Source: an uncultured delta proteobacterium
GTDB lineage: Bacteria; Myxococcota_A; Polyangia; Polyangiales; Polyangiaceae
Length of the DNA: 64,000 nucleotides
Assembly: GCA_963841435.1 (NCBI GenBank)
Contig: CAWJCS010000002.1
Location: 256,001 to 320,000, forward strand
Reading direction: 5' to 3'
The position numbers and the translations under genes are program-made. The notes below the pieces were generated by a model. It ran no database searches, had not been told where the DNA came from, and was given only the letters and a program-made list of their open reading frames with translations. Positions 46,995 to 56,752 of the stretch are shown one piece after another; positions within the stretch are counted from its first letter, which is position 1; each line of letters begins with the position of its first letter.

Positions 46995-48449
46995 ATGGTC
47001 GGACCGCCGCCGCCCCGAGGCAGCGATGGCACCCAGCGCCGGCTGATTGGGGCGCTCGCGGTAGCCGCCGCGCTGACTGCCGCGCCCGGCGCCGCTCGCG
47101 CAAACGGCACCTTCCCATCAGCGAGTCAGCTCGTCGCGGAGCCCGGCACCCCGAGCCACCTGGCGCTGCGCACGACGTTCGGGCTGATCGTGAGCCCCGA
47201 CGCCGGCCAGAGCTGGACTTGGACCTGCGAGGACGCGCTCGGTTACACGAACAACCTACCGGCGATCGCCGTCTTGGCGGGTGGGACGCTGGTCTTGGGT
47301 ATTCCGGAAGGCATCACGGCCGGGATGCTCACCGGCTGCGACTACCCCGCGGCGAGCGGCATCAACGCGAACGTCGTCGACCTCACGCGCATCCCGGGCA
47401 ACGCGACGGGCGTGCTCGCGACGAGTTTCGACTACGGCACGTACGGTTCGCAGGTGTTCGAATCGGACGACGCCGGCGCGAGCTTTGCGGCTCTGTCCGA
47501 GCCGTTCCCGGATTTCGTGGCCACGACGATCGACGTTGCGCCGACCGATCCCAACGTCATCTACGTGAGCGGAATGCCGCTCACGACCGGCAAGGTGGGC
47601 CTGCTGCTGCGTTCCGCCGATCACGGAAAGACATTCACGGCGCACGAAATCCCGGACGCCGTCGGCGCTTCGTGGCCCTACATCGGCGCCGTCGACCCGG
47701 CGGATCCCGACAAGCTCTACGTGCGGCTGGCATCCTTTCCGGGACGCCTGAAGGTGACCGATGACGGGGGAAAAACCTTCGGCGAGCCGCTCACGACCGA
47801 CGACGAAATGCTGGGTTTTGCGCTCTCGCCCGACGGCAAGACCGTGGTCGTGAGCAGCCCCACTTCAGGGACGTTCCGCGCCGACACCGACACGCTCGAC
47901 TTCGAGCAAGTCGCCTGCCACGGCGTCAGTTGCTTGATGTGGAACAGCGAGGGGCTTTACGCCTGCGGCAATCAGAGCGTCAACGGCTTTGCGCTGGGCC
48001 GCTCGCTGGACGAAGGGCGAAGCTACGAGCGCGTGCTCGATTTCAGCTGCATCACACCACGAGAGGACTGCGACGGGGCGACGCCCGTCGGCGCGATGTG
48101 CCCGTCACTGTGGCCCATGGTCCAGATGCAGCTGGAAGGCTTCGGAACGTGTGATCCCAACGCACCGCCGCCAGAGTGGTCCGGGTCGTGCCCCGGCGAG
48201 GCCGGCGGACCGAGCGGGAGCGGGGGCGCCGCAGGTGGGGGCGCGGCGGAAGGCGGCAGCACGGCGGCCGGCGGCGGCGCTCCGGGTACAGGTGGCGGCC
48301 CCGCGCCGGGCACGCCCGGAAAGTCGGGCTGCGGCTGCCGATGGACGCGCGGCGACCCGCACGCAGCGTGGCTCACCCTAATCTCACTCGCCGGCTTTTG
48401 GGTGCAGCGGAGAAACAAACGGCGCCGCCGCCACGTGCGGACTCGGTGA
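46995..48449 (+). CDS. BNR/Asp-box beta-propeller protein with MYXO-CTERM tail
   Basis: ARA|NGTFP start, repeated SxDxGxTF/W Asp boxes, GCGC-TM-RRNKRRRR tail. Confidence 0.8.
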   Translation: MVGPPPPRGSDGTQRRLIGALAVAAALTAAPGAARANGTFPSASQLVAEPGTPSHLALRTTFGLIVSPDAGQSWTWTCEDALGYTNNLPAIAVLAGGTLVLGIPEGITAGMLTGCDYPAASGINANVVDLTRIPGNATGVLATSFDYGTYGSQVFESDDAGASFAALSEPFPDFVATTIDVAPTDPNVIYVSGMPLTTGKVGLLLRSADHGKTFTAHEIPDAVGASWPYIGAVDPADPDKLYVRLASFPGRLKVTDDGGKTFGEPLTTDDEMLGFALSPDGKTVVVSSPTSGTFRADTDTLDFEQVACHGVSCLMWNSEGLYACGNQSVNGFALGRSLDEGRSYERVLDFSCITPREDCDGATPVGAMCPSLWPMVQMQLEGFGTCDPNAPPPEWSGSCPGEAGGPSGSGGAAGGGAAEGGSTAAGGGAPGTGGGPAPGTPGKSGCGCRWTRGDPHAAWLTLISLAGFWVQRRNKRRRRHVRTR

Positions 48450-48534
48450 CCTCGGTGCCTGCTCGAGGCGGCGGCGCCGTTCTCGACTCGAGCGGGTGGT
48501 GGAGGGCGGCGGGCGAGGTGCGAGCCAAAGGACT

Positions 48535-49200
48535 CTAGGGGACGTCCACGTAAAACGCGACGTGGCCGTGCGGTGAGTCCTCTGGAATGTCGTTGCACCA
48601 CTCGAAGAAGTGGAAACGGACGACCCAGCGCCCCGATCGGTCGAAGACGATGGGACCGATCTCGTACGTGCCGGCGGGCCCCTCGGGAGCCTTGATCGAA
48701 TTGCTCGGGGAGATATGGGATCGATTATCGGCGAGGAACACCTCGGGGCTGTCGGGTACCGCGCCGCGCGCCGCACCGCCCGAACGGGCGTCGAGCTTGA
48801 CGGCAAAGGTGACTGGACGGTTTAGCGCAATGCAGGTGCTCGTGAAGCTCACGTCGTACTTGCAGTCGTCGTCTGCGGCCGCCGCGTTGTAGCGCACTTC
48901 GTACGGCTCCTCTTCCGCCTCACCGCCCGCCCCGCCTGCCCCGCCCTCGCCGCCCACGGCGCCGGTCTGGCATTCACCGATCTCTTGTACGATCGGGTCA
49001 CCGTGGTCGTCGATACAGTGCGCGTCGGCTTCGCCCTCGACGGGCCCCCCGCTCACGGTGCACTCGGGGCTCGCAGCATCATCGTCGCCACCGCAGCCGG
49101 GCGCCGAGACGAGCAGGACAGCGAACGAAGCGCCGAGCAGGCCGCCGACAGCGGCGCCCGGTCGCCCGCGACCTGCGCGGAACATGCTGTGGATTGCCAT
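48535..49200 (-). CDS. YtkA/FixH-like His/Cys-rich lipoprotein
   Basis: Lipobox PGC; GTYEIGPIVFDRSGRWVVRFH and terminal SPHGHVAFYVDVP. Confidence 0.6.
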   Translation of the reverse strand: MAIHSMFRAGRGRPGAAVGGLLGASFAVLLVSAPGCGGDDDAASPECTVSGGPVEGEADAHCIDDHGDPIVQEIGECQTGAVGGEGGAGGAGGEAEEEPYEVRYNAAAADDDCKYDVSFTSTCIALNRPVTFAVKLDARSGGAARGAVPDSPEVFLADNRSHISPSNSIKAPEGPAGTYEIGPIVFDRSGRWVVRFHFFEWCNDIPEDSPHGHVAFYVDVP

Positions 49201-49345
49201 ATTAATGCCTCCGGTTTCTCGAGAGGTGCGAGCTGGCCACGAAGTGGCTCAACGAGCCGCGACCTGCCGCTCCCGTCCTCTTTGTTCTCGAGCGTCTAGG
49301 AGCACAAGGAAATTCCTTTCGCAGGCGAGACACGCGCACCCTCTA

Positions 49346-49744
49346 TCAATTTTCCGGCGCGCCGCAGACCAGCCACTTGAGCAGCAGCCGGCGCTGGTCG
49401 GCGCTCAGCGGCTCGGCGCCTTCCGACGGCATCTGGCACCCATACACCTGCGAGAGCACGGTTTGACGACTCGAGGACACCTGCTGGTACGTCTCGAACA
49501 CCTGCGTTGATTGGCCGTTCCCGGGGTAGTGGCACTCCGCGCAGCGTGACGCGAAGATCGGGGCGATATCGGACGCGTAGCTCGGCGTGGCGGTTCCGCA
49601 ATCGGCGTCGTCCGGCAGGTCGCTCGGACAGGGAACCGGCGGTGACGCCAATCCGTTTGAGCATCCAGCACTGGCGAAGGACACCAGCGCGAGCGGAATA
49701 GCTCCCATCCAGGGCCGCCAGGCCACCATCCGAACGTGGCGCAC
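49346..49744 (-). CDS. Monoheme cytochrome c lipoprotein
   Basis: Lipobox AGC; SYASDIAPIF, CAECH, QMP, WLVCGA. Confidence 0.8.
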   Translation of the reverse strand: MRHVRMVAWRPWMGAIPLALVSFASAGCSNGLASPPVPCPSDLPDDADCGTATPSYASDIAPIFASRCAECHYPGNGQSTQVFETYQQVSSSRQTVLSQVYGCQMPSEGAEPLSADQRRLLLKWLVCGAPEN

Positions 49745-49815
49745 CCACGAACTCCGCGCAAGAGCCCCGACGTGACACGGCGGGATCCCGGGGCTACGCT
49801 TCGCCCCGATCGCTC

Positions 49816-50349
49816 ATGCTTCGATGGTTCGCTCCCCGCATCGTGGTGGGTGCAGCATTCGGCGCCTGCCTCGCCTGCTCCGGCAAGACCCCCGCGCCCG
49901 CCGCAGCAGACGGCACGGAAAACGGCCAGGGCGGGGAAGGGAGCGTCGTCTCCGGCGCCGTTTCCTGTCGGGACGACAGCCGGGTTAACACCTATTCGGC
50001 CAATCTCGTCAGGCCGGGGCGTCTCGGGCAGCTTTCTTTCACCCTCGTGTCCGTTGATCCGGCCCCGCCCGCGAAGGGCCAAAACACGTTCACGGTCGAG
50101 GTCTCCGATACGGGCGGGGCCCCGGTCGAGAGCGACCTGACCGTGGACCTGACGATGCCGGACCACGGCCACGGAACCTCGGTGGTTCCCGTGGTCACGT
50201 TCGACGCCGGCACGCAGCTTTACACGCTGGAACCGGTCTACCTGTTCATGGCGGGCGTCTGGCGCGTCCAGCTCAACGTCTACGACGACACGGCTGACCC
50301 GTTGCAACCGGTTGACTCGGCCGTCTTCTACTTCTGCATCGAAGGCTGA
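49816..50349 (+). CDS. YtkA/FixH-family lipoprotein
   Basis: Lipobox LAC; PPAKGQN, MPDHGHG, LFMAGVWRV. Confidence 0.8.
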   Translation: MLRWFAPRIVVGAAFGACLACSGKTPAPAAADGTENGQGGEGSVVSGAVSCRDDSRVNTYSANLVRPGRLGQLSFTLVSVDPAPPAKGQNTFTVEVSDTGGAPVESDLTVDLTMPDHGHGTSVVPVVTFDAGTQLYTLEPVYLFMAGVWRVQLNVYDDTADPLQPVDSAVFYFCIEG

Positions 50350-50359
50350 CGAGCGCTCC

Positions 50360-51859
50360 TCACGGGGAGCAACGCCGATGATTGACGGCCTGCACCTTGT
50401 CCGCGCGTGCGTTCAGGTTGGTGGTCGTGATGCACGAGACCGGTAACGCATCGCTCGTGAACTCGTCCGTCGCCGTGTCGGGCGTCCATTCGAGCTCGGC
50501 GCCGACGTAAAGCGGAGCAAGGCGTTCTCTGAGCTCGGCGACCGTGTAGGCGTCGGTATCCGCCAGATCGCCGCTCTTTACCAGATCGTCGAAGATATCG
50601 AGACCGAACGGCGCAAGGTGAACGCGCATCGTCACGCGGTCGGGTGCGCGCTCCAGGGAGTCCGTACCGCGCGGATATCGCTGCGCGACGTGCGTCTGAT
50701 AATACCGCACGTCGCTCGGATCGAAGGTGAGCTGGCCGGGCAAGAGGTTCGACTCGTAGTCCGTCGCTTCCCAGAACATGTGCACCTCTGCGCCCCCGTC
50801 GTCGAAGAGGCAGTCCCGGATCAGCCAGAGGTCGGGGTCTTCCGAGTCGGTAGGCGAAGTCCCCGCGACGACGTTGCCGCTCTGGTAGATCACCTCGTCT
50901 CCAGCGTAGGCGGTAAGCTCGATCCACACGCGCCGATCCTGTGCGGCGCCGCTCGGCCAATGATGACCCGCGGCGACGTTGTCGAGGATGACCTCGATGG
51001 AGGCGCGCCCTGGAATCGTCTGCACGCAAACTGCGCTCTGGAGGGTCGTGTCGAGAAACGCCTGGACCCTCGAGCGCATCTCGTCCGCGCCCGGTAGCGG
51101 CGTGAGCGCGAGATCCACGCCCGGAAAACGATGGTCGTGAAGCGTGCGCGCGAACACGCCCGGAGCATTCGCGGCAGGCTCAGGGGTCTTGCTGCGGTCC
51201 ATGTGGCACTGCCCGCAGCTGGTCCCGACGTTGACCGCCGAGAACACGGTTTCCTGCCACTCCTCGAAGGTTCGCTCGATGTGCGTTCCGTGCGCGTTGC
51301 TGATGTCGTGACAGCTCCCGCAAAGTTGCGCCGATTCGAGCCTCTCGCGATCCAGAAAGCTCGAGTAAGCCGAATGGTGAGCGTTGTTCGCGACCGGATC
51401 GCGAAACGCCCCGCGCATGACGGCGTCGGAGGCGAGCTCGAGGGGGTTATTGTGCGTGCCGACGACCTGCGCGACGTTGTGGCAGAAATAGCAGGTGACG
51501 CCCTTGGACGGCTGCGGCAGCTCGTCGAGATTGAGCCCATCGTCGGTCAGGCCCGTGCTCACTGCCACGGGCGCATGGCATTTGACGCAGAAATCGCCGA
51601 TGCCGGCCTCGCGTTGCCCGCGTGCGTTCATCGCGCGGAACAGCGGGTCGTCGGAGGCGTACGCGTGCATGCTCGACGACCATTCGTCATAGGCCTTGGG
51701 GTGACAGCCTTGGCAGGTCAAAGGATCCATGAGCACGTCCACCGAAAGGGTGGGCGTCGGCGGCGGTGTGCCGGCTTGCCGGCCGTCGCCGCACGCTGCG
51801 AGCAAGAGAGCGTAGCCGAGGAGTGAGAGCGCGGGTCCGCGTGCCCTTCCGCCGGTCAT
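50360..51859 (-). CDS. Pentaheme cytochrome c (c554/c552-like) lipoprotein
   Basis: CQGCH, CVKCH, CYFCH, CGSCH, CGQCH; EWSSSMHA; AGHHWPSG...R. Confidence 0.9.
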   Translation of the reverse strand: MTGGRARGPALSLLGYALLLAACGDGRQAGTPPPTPTLSVDVLMDPLTCQGCHPKAYDEWSSSMHAYASDDPLFRAMNARGQREAGIGDFCVKCHAPVAVSTGLTDDGLNLDELPQPSKGVTCYFCHNVAQVVGTHNNPLELASDAVMRGAFRDPVANNAHHSAYSSFLDRERLESAQLCGSCHDISNAHGTHIERTFEEWQETVFSAVNVGTSCGQCHMDRSKTPEPAANAPGVFARTLHDHRFPGVDLALTPLPGADEMRSRVQAFLDTTLQSAVCVQTIPGRASIEVILDNVAAGHHWPSGAAQDRRVWIELTAYAGDEVIYQSGNVVAGTSPTDSEDPDLWLIRDCLFDDGGAEVHMFWEATDYESNLLPGQLTFDPSDVRYYQTHVAQRYPRGTDSLERAPDRVTMRVHLAPFGLDIFDDLVKSGDLADTDAYTVAELRERLAPLYVGAELEWTPDTATDEFTSDALPVSCITTTNLNARADKVQAVNHRRCSP

Positions 51860-52311
51860 CTGGACGCCCCCGCCGCGATCCACTGAATCACGTCGCAGCG
51901 TTCGGAGGCAAGCAGTGGGGTCGGCCCGGGAGGCATACGCACGTTGGGATCATGCGCCTCCAGCCGAATCACGATCAAGCTGCATGCTGGGTCGAACGGC
52001 AGGACCCGCGGGTGGCCGATGTCTCCGAGCAGGCGGGCGTAGGCGTCGTCGGCATCCTCCATGACGAGGCCGCCCATCGCCGCATCGCTCGTGTGGCAGG
52101 TGCCCGTGCCCGACGCGCACGTGGGCTGGAGGATCTTGGAGAAGATCGTGGAGTAAAGCGGCGGATCGTACAGCGGGTTGCAATCGGTCAACAGATTCGC
52201 AACGCACGAAAGCGCAGCCGGCTCCGGCGAGCTGCAGCCACAGATCACGAGCCCCCCCATGATCCAAACGGCTGTCTGGGCGCGGAACGGACGCGGTGTG
52301 GAGCGGCTCAC
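51856..52311 (-). CDS. Cytochrome c-like lipoprotein with extended CX6CH motif
   Basis: Lipobox CGC; CASGTGTCH, RVLPFDP.CSL, RMPPG, WIAAGA; ATGA overlap with pentaheme gene. Confidence 0.7.
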   Translation of the reverse strand: MSRSTPRPFRAQTAVWIMGGLVICGCSSPEPAALSCVANLLTDCNPLYDPPLYSTIFSKILQPTCASGTGTCHTSDAAMGGLVMEDADDAYARLLGDIGHPRVLPFDPACSLIVIRLEAHDPNVRMPPGPTPLLASERCDVIQWIAAGASR

Positions 52312-52723
52312 GTGACGGAAGACGGCGGTCCCGAGCAGGACGCTCGAGACGTGCCTCGAGGCGGGACACTATCCCACGGTGGCGCGTCCGCGGCCCGCGC
52401 TGCCGATCCCTTGGCTCGACTGGGGCATTGCTGCGATGGGCTGCTGCTCGGGCCGGGCCTCCACGAACGCGCTTCGCTTCGCGCTCGTCGCGCTCGAAGC
52501 TCCCAACCCTCCGGGTTGGTCAAGCGGGCACGCCGAGAAGACCGCACACTTCGCTTGCACGTCGTGCCGCCGAATCACGGGTCTCGGATGGCTCGCGTGA
52601 GACCGTGCATGGTGGAGAGAATTTTGCGTTGTCACGGTTTGCGGTCTCGAGCGGCTTTCGGAGTCGATGCCGAATTGTGTGAGCGCGACGACCTGTTGGG
52701 AATCGTTAACCGGGAGAACAAAA

Positions 52724-54091
52724 ATGTCTCCCACTCGCTTTGTACGACCGACGCTCCGTGGGTGGATCGCGGTGCTGGCCGTCTCCACCCTGGCTTCCTG
52801 CTCATCTCCGAGCGACGAGGTGATAGGTGCAGGTGGAGGCACGGCGGCCGCCGCTGGATCCTCGGGCGCGTCGGGATCTGGCGGGAGCTTCGCCGGCGGC
52901 ACCGGTGGCGGCGCCGGTTTTGCCGGGACCAGTGGATCGAGCGCAAGCGGCGGATCGAGCGCAAGCGGCGGGTCGAGCGGAGCGGCGGGTAGCACGGCCG
53001 GGGGCGGTGCGTCGGGCAACGGGGGCATGGCCGGCCGCGCGGGATCGGGCGGCAACGACGCGGGAGCCGCGGGCACACTCAATGCGGGTGGCGTGGGCGG
53101 CTCTCGCGGCGGGGAGGCCGGCGGCGCTGGGGCGGGCGGCTCGCCCGGCGGAGCGGGCGGTTCGACCGGAGGTCTCGCAGGCGATGGTGGGGCGAGCGGG
53201 ACCGGGATGGGCGGACGACCGCCCCAGCTCGAGAAATTCGTCGGCAACATCGACACGCGCGGGCAAGTCCGGTCGGACCTCGCCATGTACTGGGACCAGA
53301 TCACGCCCGAGAACGCGGGGAAGTGGGGCTCGGTCGAGCGCACGAAGGATCAGATGAGCTGGTCGAGCCTCGACGCCATGCAGAGCTACGCGAAGGACCA
53401 CGGCATCCCCTTCAAGCAGCACAACTTCGTCTGGGGCAGCCAACAGCCGAGTTGGCTCAACGGCCTTTCGCAATCGGAGCAGCGCGCCCAGGTCGAGGAG
53501 TGGATTCGCCTCTACTGCGAGCGCTACCCGGATACGCCGCTCATCGACGTCGTCAACGAGCCCCCGCCCCATACCACGCCGCCCTACGTGGCCGCGCTCG
53601 GGGGCTCGGGCTCGAGCGGGTACGACTGGATCGCGCAGGCGTTCAAGTGGGCGCGTCAGTACTGTCCGAAGTCGATCCTGATCCTCAACGACTACAACAA
53701 CGTCGAGAACGCGAACGACAACAACCACACGATCGACATCGTGAAGAAGATCATGGCTGCGGGGGCGCCCATCGACGCCGTCGGGGCGCAGTCCCATGCG
53801 GTCACGAATCTGTCGGCGAGCACGGTGAAGGGGTACATCGACAAGATCACGTCCGAGACCGGGCTGCCGGTGTACGTCAGCGAATTCGACATCAACATCG
53901 CCGACGACACCAAGCAACAGCAGGTCATGCAGAGCCTGTTCACCATGTTCTGGCAGAACCCCAACGTGAAAGGGATCACGCTCTGGGGCTACATCGAGGG
54001 TTCGACATGGGAGGCCAACAGCGGGCTCATGAGCAGCAGCGGGCAAATGCGGCCCGCGATGACCTGGCTCATGGACTTCCTGGGGCGCTAG
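52724..54091 (+). CDS. GH10 endo-1,4-beta-xylanase lipoprotein with Gly-rich linker
   Basis: QITPENAGKWGSVE, HNFVWG, IDVVNEP, LNDYN, VSEFDI, ITLWGY. Confidence 0.95.
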   Translation: MSPTRFVRPTLRGWIAVLAVSTLASCSSPSDEVIGAGGGTAAAAGSSGASGSGGSFAGGTGGGAGFAGTSGSSASGGSSASGGSSGAAGSTAGGGASGNGGMAGRAGSGGNDAGAAGTLNAGGVGGSRGGEAGGAGAGGSPGGAGGSTGGLAGDGGASGTGMGGRPPQLEKFVGNIDTRGQVRSDLAMYWDQITPENAGKWGSVERTKDQMSWSSLDAMQSYAKDHGIPFKQHNFVWGSQQPSWLNGLSQSEQRAQVEEWIRLYCERYPDTPLIDVVNEPPPHTTPPYVAALGGSGSSGYDWIAQAFKWARQYCPKSILILNDYNNVENANDNNHTIDIVKKIMAAGAPIDAVGAQSHAVTNLSASTVKGYIDKITSETGLPVYVSEFDINIADDTKQQQVMQSLFTMFWQNPNVKGITLWGYIEGSTWEANSGLMSSSGQMRPAMTWLMDFLGR

Positions 54092-54143
54092 CCGTGGCGA
54101 CGAGTCATTTACGTACCGGGCGCGGGTCGCGCAGAGGTTTCTC

Positions 54144-55499
54144 ATGAGGCATTCCCATTCGAGCTTTCATTTCATCACCTGCTCCGCCGCCCTCGTGGTC
54201 TCGTTCGGCTGCTCATCGCCCGGTGACGACGCGCAGCCGGGAACGGGTGGTTCGGGTCAGAGCGCTTCGGGAGGAACGGCCGGCTCGAGCGTTTCTGGCG
54301 GGGCAGGCGGCTCGGGCGGCGCCGGTGCGGTGGGCGGTGCGAGTGGCTCTGGTGGTGCGAGCGGTGCGAGTGGCTCTGGTGGTGCGAGCGGTGCGAGTGG
54401 CTCCGGTGGTGCGAGCGGTGCGGGTGGCTCTGGTGGTGCGAGCGGTGCGAGTGGCTCTGGTGGCGTCGCGGGCACGGCGGGATCGGACGCCTCCGGCGGC
54501 GCCGGGACGGCCGGGGCTGGGGGGGGCGGCGCCGGTGGTGGAGGGAACGGCGGAGCGGGTGCGGGTGGCGCGGGCTCGGGCGGCGACGCGGGAAAGGGTG
54601 GTGCCGGTGCTGGCGGAGCGAGCGGGGCGGGCGCGGGCGGAACCGGCGGCATGAGCTCGGGCATGTCCTCCGGTTGCGGGAAGGCGCCGACCATCGCGAG
54701 CAACATGTACAACAACGGCTCGCTCATCTCGATCACGGCCGCCAACATGCAGCGCCGGTACATCCTCAACGTGCCGGCCAACTACGACAACACCAAGCCG
54801 TACAAGCTCATCATTGCCTTTCATCAGCTCGATGGAAACGACAAGCAGATGTACGCGAACGGCTACTATCACCTGCTCAATCTGTCGAACAACGAAGCGA
54901 TCTTCGTGGCACCCAACGGGCAAAAGAACGGCTCGCCCTGTACGACGACTGGGAACGGAGACGGAGGATGCGGGTGGCCGAACTCGAGCAACTCGGATAT
55001 CGCTCTCGCCGATGCCGTCGTGGCTCAGATCGAGGAGAGCTTCTGCATCGATACGAATCGGATCTTCGCGACGGGCTGGAGCTACGGAGGCAGCATGTCG
55101 TACAAGACCGCCTGCGAGCGAGGGCTCGGCGGAACGAAGGGCGGCGTGGCCGGCTACATCCGTGGCATCGCCGTCTATTCGGGAGCCCAGCTCAGCGGCA
55201 ACTGCACCCCCACGACGCCGGTCGCCTACTACGGCTCGCACGGAACCTCGGATTCGGTGCTGAACTACGACGGCGGGGTGACGCTCTCCCACAACTTCGC
55301 CACCGCCAACAGCTGCACCTGGGCGACGCCCACCAAAGCGACGAGTGGTCACGTCTGTACGGACGTTGCGGGATGCGCGAACGGCTATCCCGTGAAGTTC
55401 TGCTCCTTCGTCGGTGACCACACGCCCGACCCCAGAGACAACGGTCAGCAGACCAGCTGGGAGTATCAAATGGCCTGGGACTTCATCAGCCAGTTCTGA
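54144..55499 (+). CDS. CE1-like feruloyl/acetyl-xylan esterase lipoprotein
   Basis: Lipobox FGC, Gly linker, PYKLIIAFH, FCIDTNRIFATGWSYGG (GxSxG), HGTSD, GDH. Confidence 0.8.
   Translation: MRHSHSSFHFITCSAALVVSFGCSSPGDDAQPGTGGSGQSASGGTAGSSVSGGAGGSGGAGAVGGASGSGGASGASGSGGASGASGSGGASGAGGSGGASGASGSGGVAGTAGSDASGGAGTAGAGGGGAGGGGNGGAGAGGAGSGGDAGKGGAGAGGASGAGAGGTGGMSSGMSSGCGKAPTIASNMYNNGSLISITAANMQRRYILNVPANYDNTKPYKLIIAFHQLDGNDKQMYANGYYHLLNLSNNEAIFVAPNGQKNGSPCTTTGNGDGGCGWPNSSNSDIALADAVVAQIEESFCIDTNRIFATGWSYGGSMSYKTACERGLGGTKGGVAGYIRGIAVYSGAQLSGNCTPTTPVAYYGSHGTSDSVLNYDGGVTLSHNFATANSCTWATPTKATSGHVCTDVAGCANGYPVKFCSFVGDHTPDPRDNGQQTSWEYQMAWDFISQF
54336..54464. repeat. 27-nt tandem repeat (about 4.8 copies) encoding GASGSGGAS linker
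   Basis: Unit GGTGCGAGTGGCTCTGGTGGTGCGAGC. Confidence 0.85.
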
Positions 55500-55784
55500 G
55501 GCGTCTTCTCGAACCGCTCGATCCGCGACGCGCCCGAAGGCACCACCGCCCGTGGTGATCAGGCGCCTGCCCCGCGGGAATACCTCGAGCGGTGGTGCCA
55601 AGCGCCAGCGCGGGGCCACCTGACGGTGCGCCCAACCCACTGTTTTCTTTGCAAATTGGTTCCAGGCCCTCCCATGGGCGCAACTTTTGAACGATCTTTT
55701 TTCTGCCCCTCGAACCGGGTTCCGTTCGTCAGAACTCGTGCTACACAAAATGCTCTTCAACCAAATCGCATCGGAGCCCTAATC

Positions 55785-56363
55785 ATGTCGTTCGCTTGCA
55801 GCCGGAAGGACTTTCTCACTCTGCTCGCTGGGTCGAGCACCCTGGTGATGCTCGGTTGCTCGAGTAACTCGGACGACGACAGCAGCACGGGCGGTGGCGC
55901 GGGCACAGGCGCTACCGGCACCGGCGGCGCTGGTGGCACGGGCGGCGGCGCCGGCACGGGCGGAACTGGCGGCGTCGGCGGAACTGGCGGCGTCGGCGGA
56001 ACTGGCGGCGTCGGTGGAACTGGCGGCGTCGGTGGAACTGGCGGCGTCGGTGGAACTGGCGGCGTCGGTGGAACTGGCGGCGTCGGCGGAACCGGCGGCG
56101 TCGGTGGAACTGGCGGCGTCGGTGGAACTGGCGGCGTCGGCGGAACCGGCGGTGTCGGCGGAACCGGCGGCGTCGGTGGAACTGGCGGCGTTGGCGGAAC
56201 TGGTGGCGTTGGCGGAACCGGCGGTGGAGCCGGCGGAACTGGCGGCGCCGGCGGAACCGGCGGCGGAGCCGGCGGCGTCGGCGGAGCCGGTGCCGGTGGA
56301 CGCGCTGGCGGGGGCGGACGCGGCGGCGCGGGACGCGGCGGCGCGGGAAGCGGCGGCGCGTAG
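55785..56363 (+). CDS. Tat-like lipoprotein consisting only of a Gly-rich repeat
   Basis: MSFACSRKDFLTLLAG...MLG-C then (TGGVGG)14 and an RGG-rich tail; no folded domain before TAG. Confidence 0.6.
   Translation: MSFACSRKDFLTLLAGSSTLVMLGCSSNSDDDSSTGGGAGTGATGTGGAGGTGGGAGTGGTGGVGGTGGVGGTGGVGGTGGVGGTGGVGGTGGVGGTGGVGGTGGVGGTGGVGGTGGVGGTGGVGGTGGVGGTGGVGGTGGVGGTGGGAGGTGGAGGTGGGAGGVGGAGAGGRAGGGGRGGAGRGGAGSGGA
55962..56213. repeat. 18-nt tandem repeat, 14 copies
   Basis: Unit GGAACYGGYGGYGTYGGY, variation only at third codon positions. Confidence 0.95.
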
Positions 56364-56520
56364 ACCCGGCGATCACGGCACGGCTTCAGGGGCGTGGATT
56401 TTCACGCTCCTGAAGCGCGGCGGCACAGTGCGACAAGCGGCAGAACGTCGCGCGTCCCTGCGGCTCGGAGCCCGAGCTTTTAGGGTGTGCGCGAGGTTGC
56501 TTTCCGTTCGCTCGCCGCAC

Positions 56521-56670
56521 TTCAACCAACCGCAACGGAGCCCCAGTCATGCCGTTCGCTTGCAGTCGTATGGACTTTCTCACCTTGCTCGCCGGGTCGA
56601 GCACGCTCGCGATGCTCGGATGCTCGAGCGATGAATCGAGCGGCAGTGGCACGGGCGGCGGCGCTGGGAC
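56521..56670 (+). pseudogene. Diverged duplicate of the leader and signal peptide of the 55785 gene
   Basis: TTCAACCAA..GGAGCCC..ATG + MPFACSRMDFLTLLAGSSTLAMLGCSS versus MSFACSRKDFLTLLAGSSTLVMLGCSS. Confidence 0.75.
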
Positions 56671-56752
56671 TCTGGCGGGCACGCGATCCGACCTGAGCGG
56701 CGGCAGCGCTAAAAGACGACCACTTCACGGAACCGCGCGGCGCCGAGGCAGC

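Noticed and set aside
55539-55599. 11-bp inverted repeat GGCACCACCGC/GCGGTGGTGCC after the esterase gene
   Set aside because: No U tract, single occurrence, plausible by chance at this GC content.
55962-56213. 18-nt repeat array as a CRISPR array
   Set aside because: Head-to-tail repeats with no spacers, in frame within a Gly-rich ORF, no cas genes.
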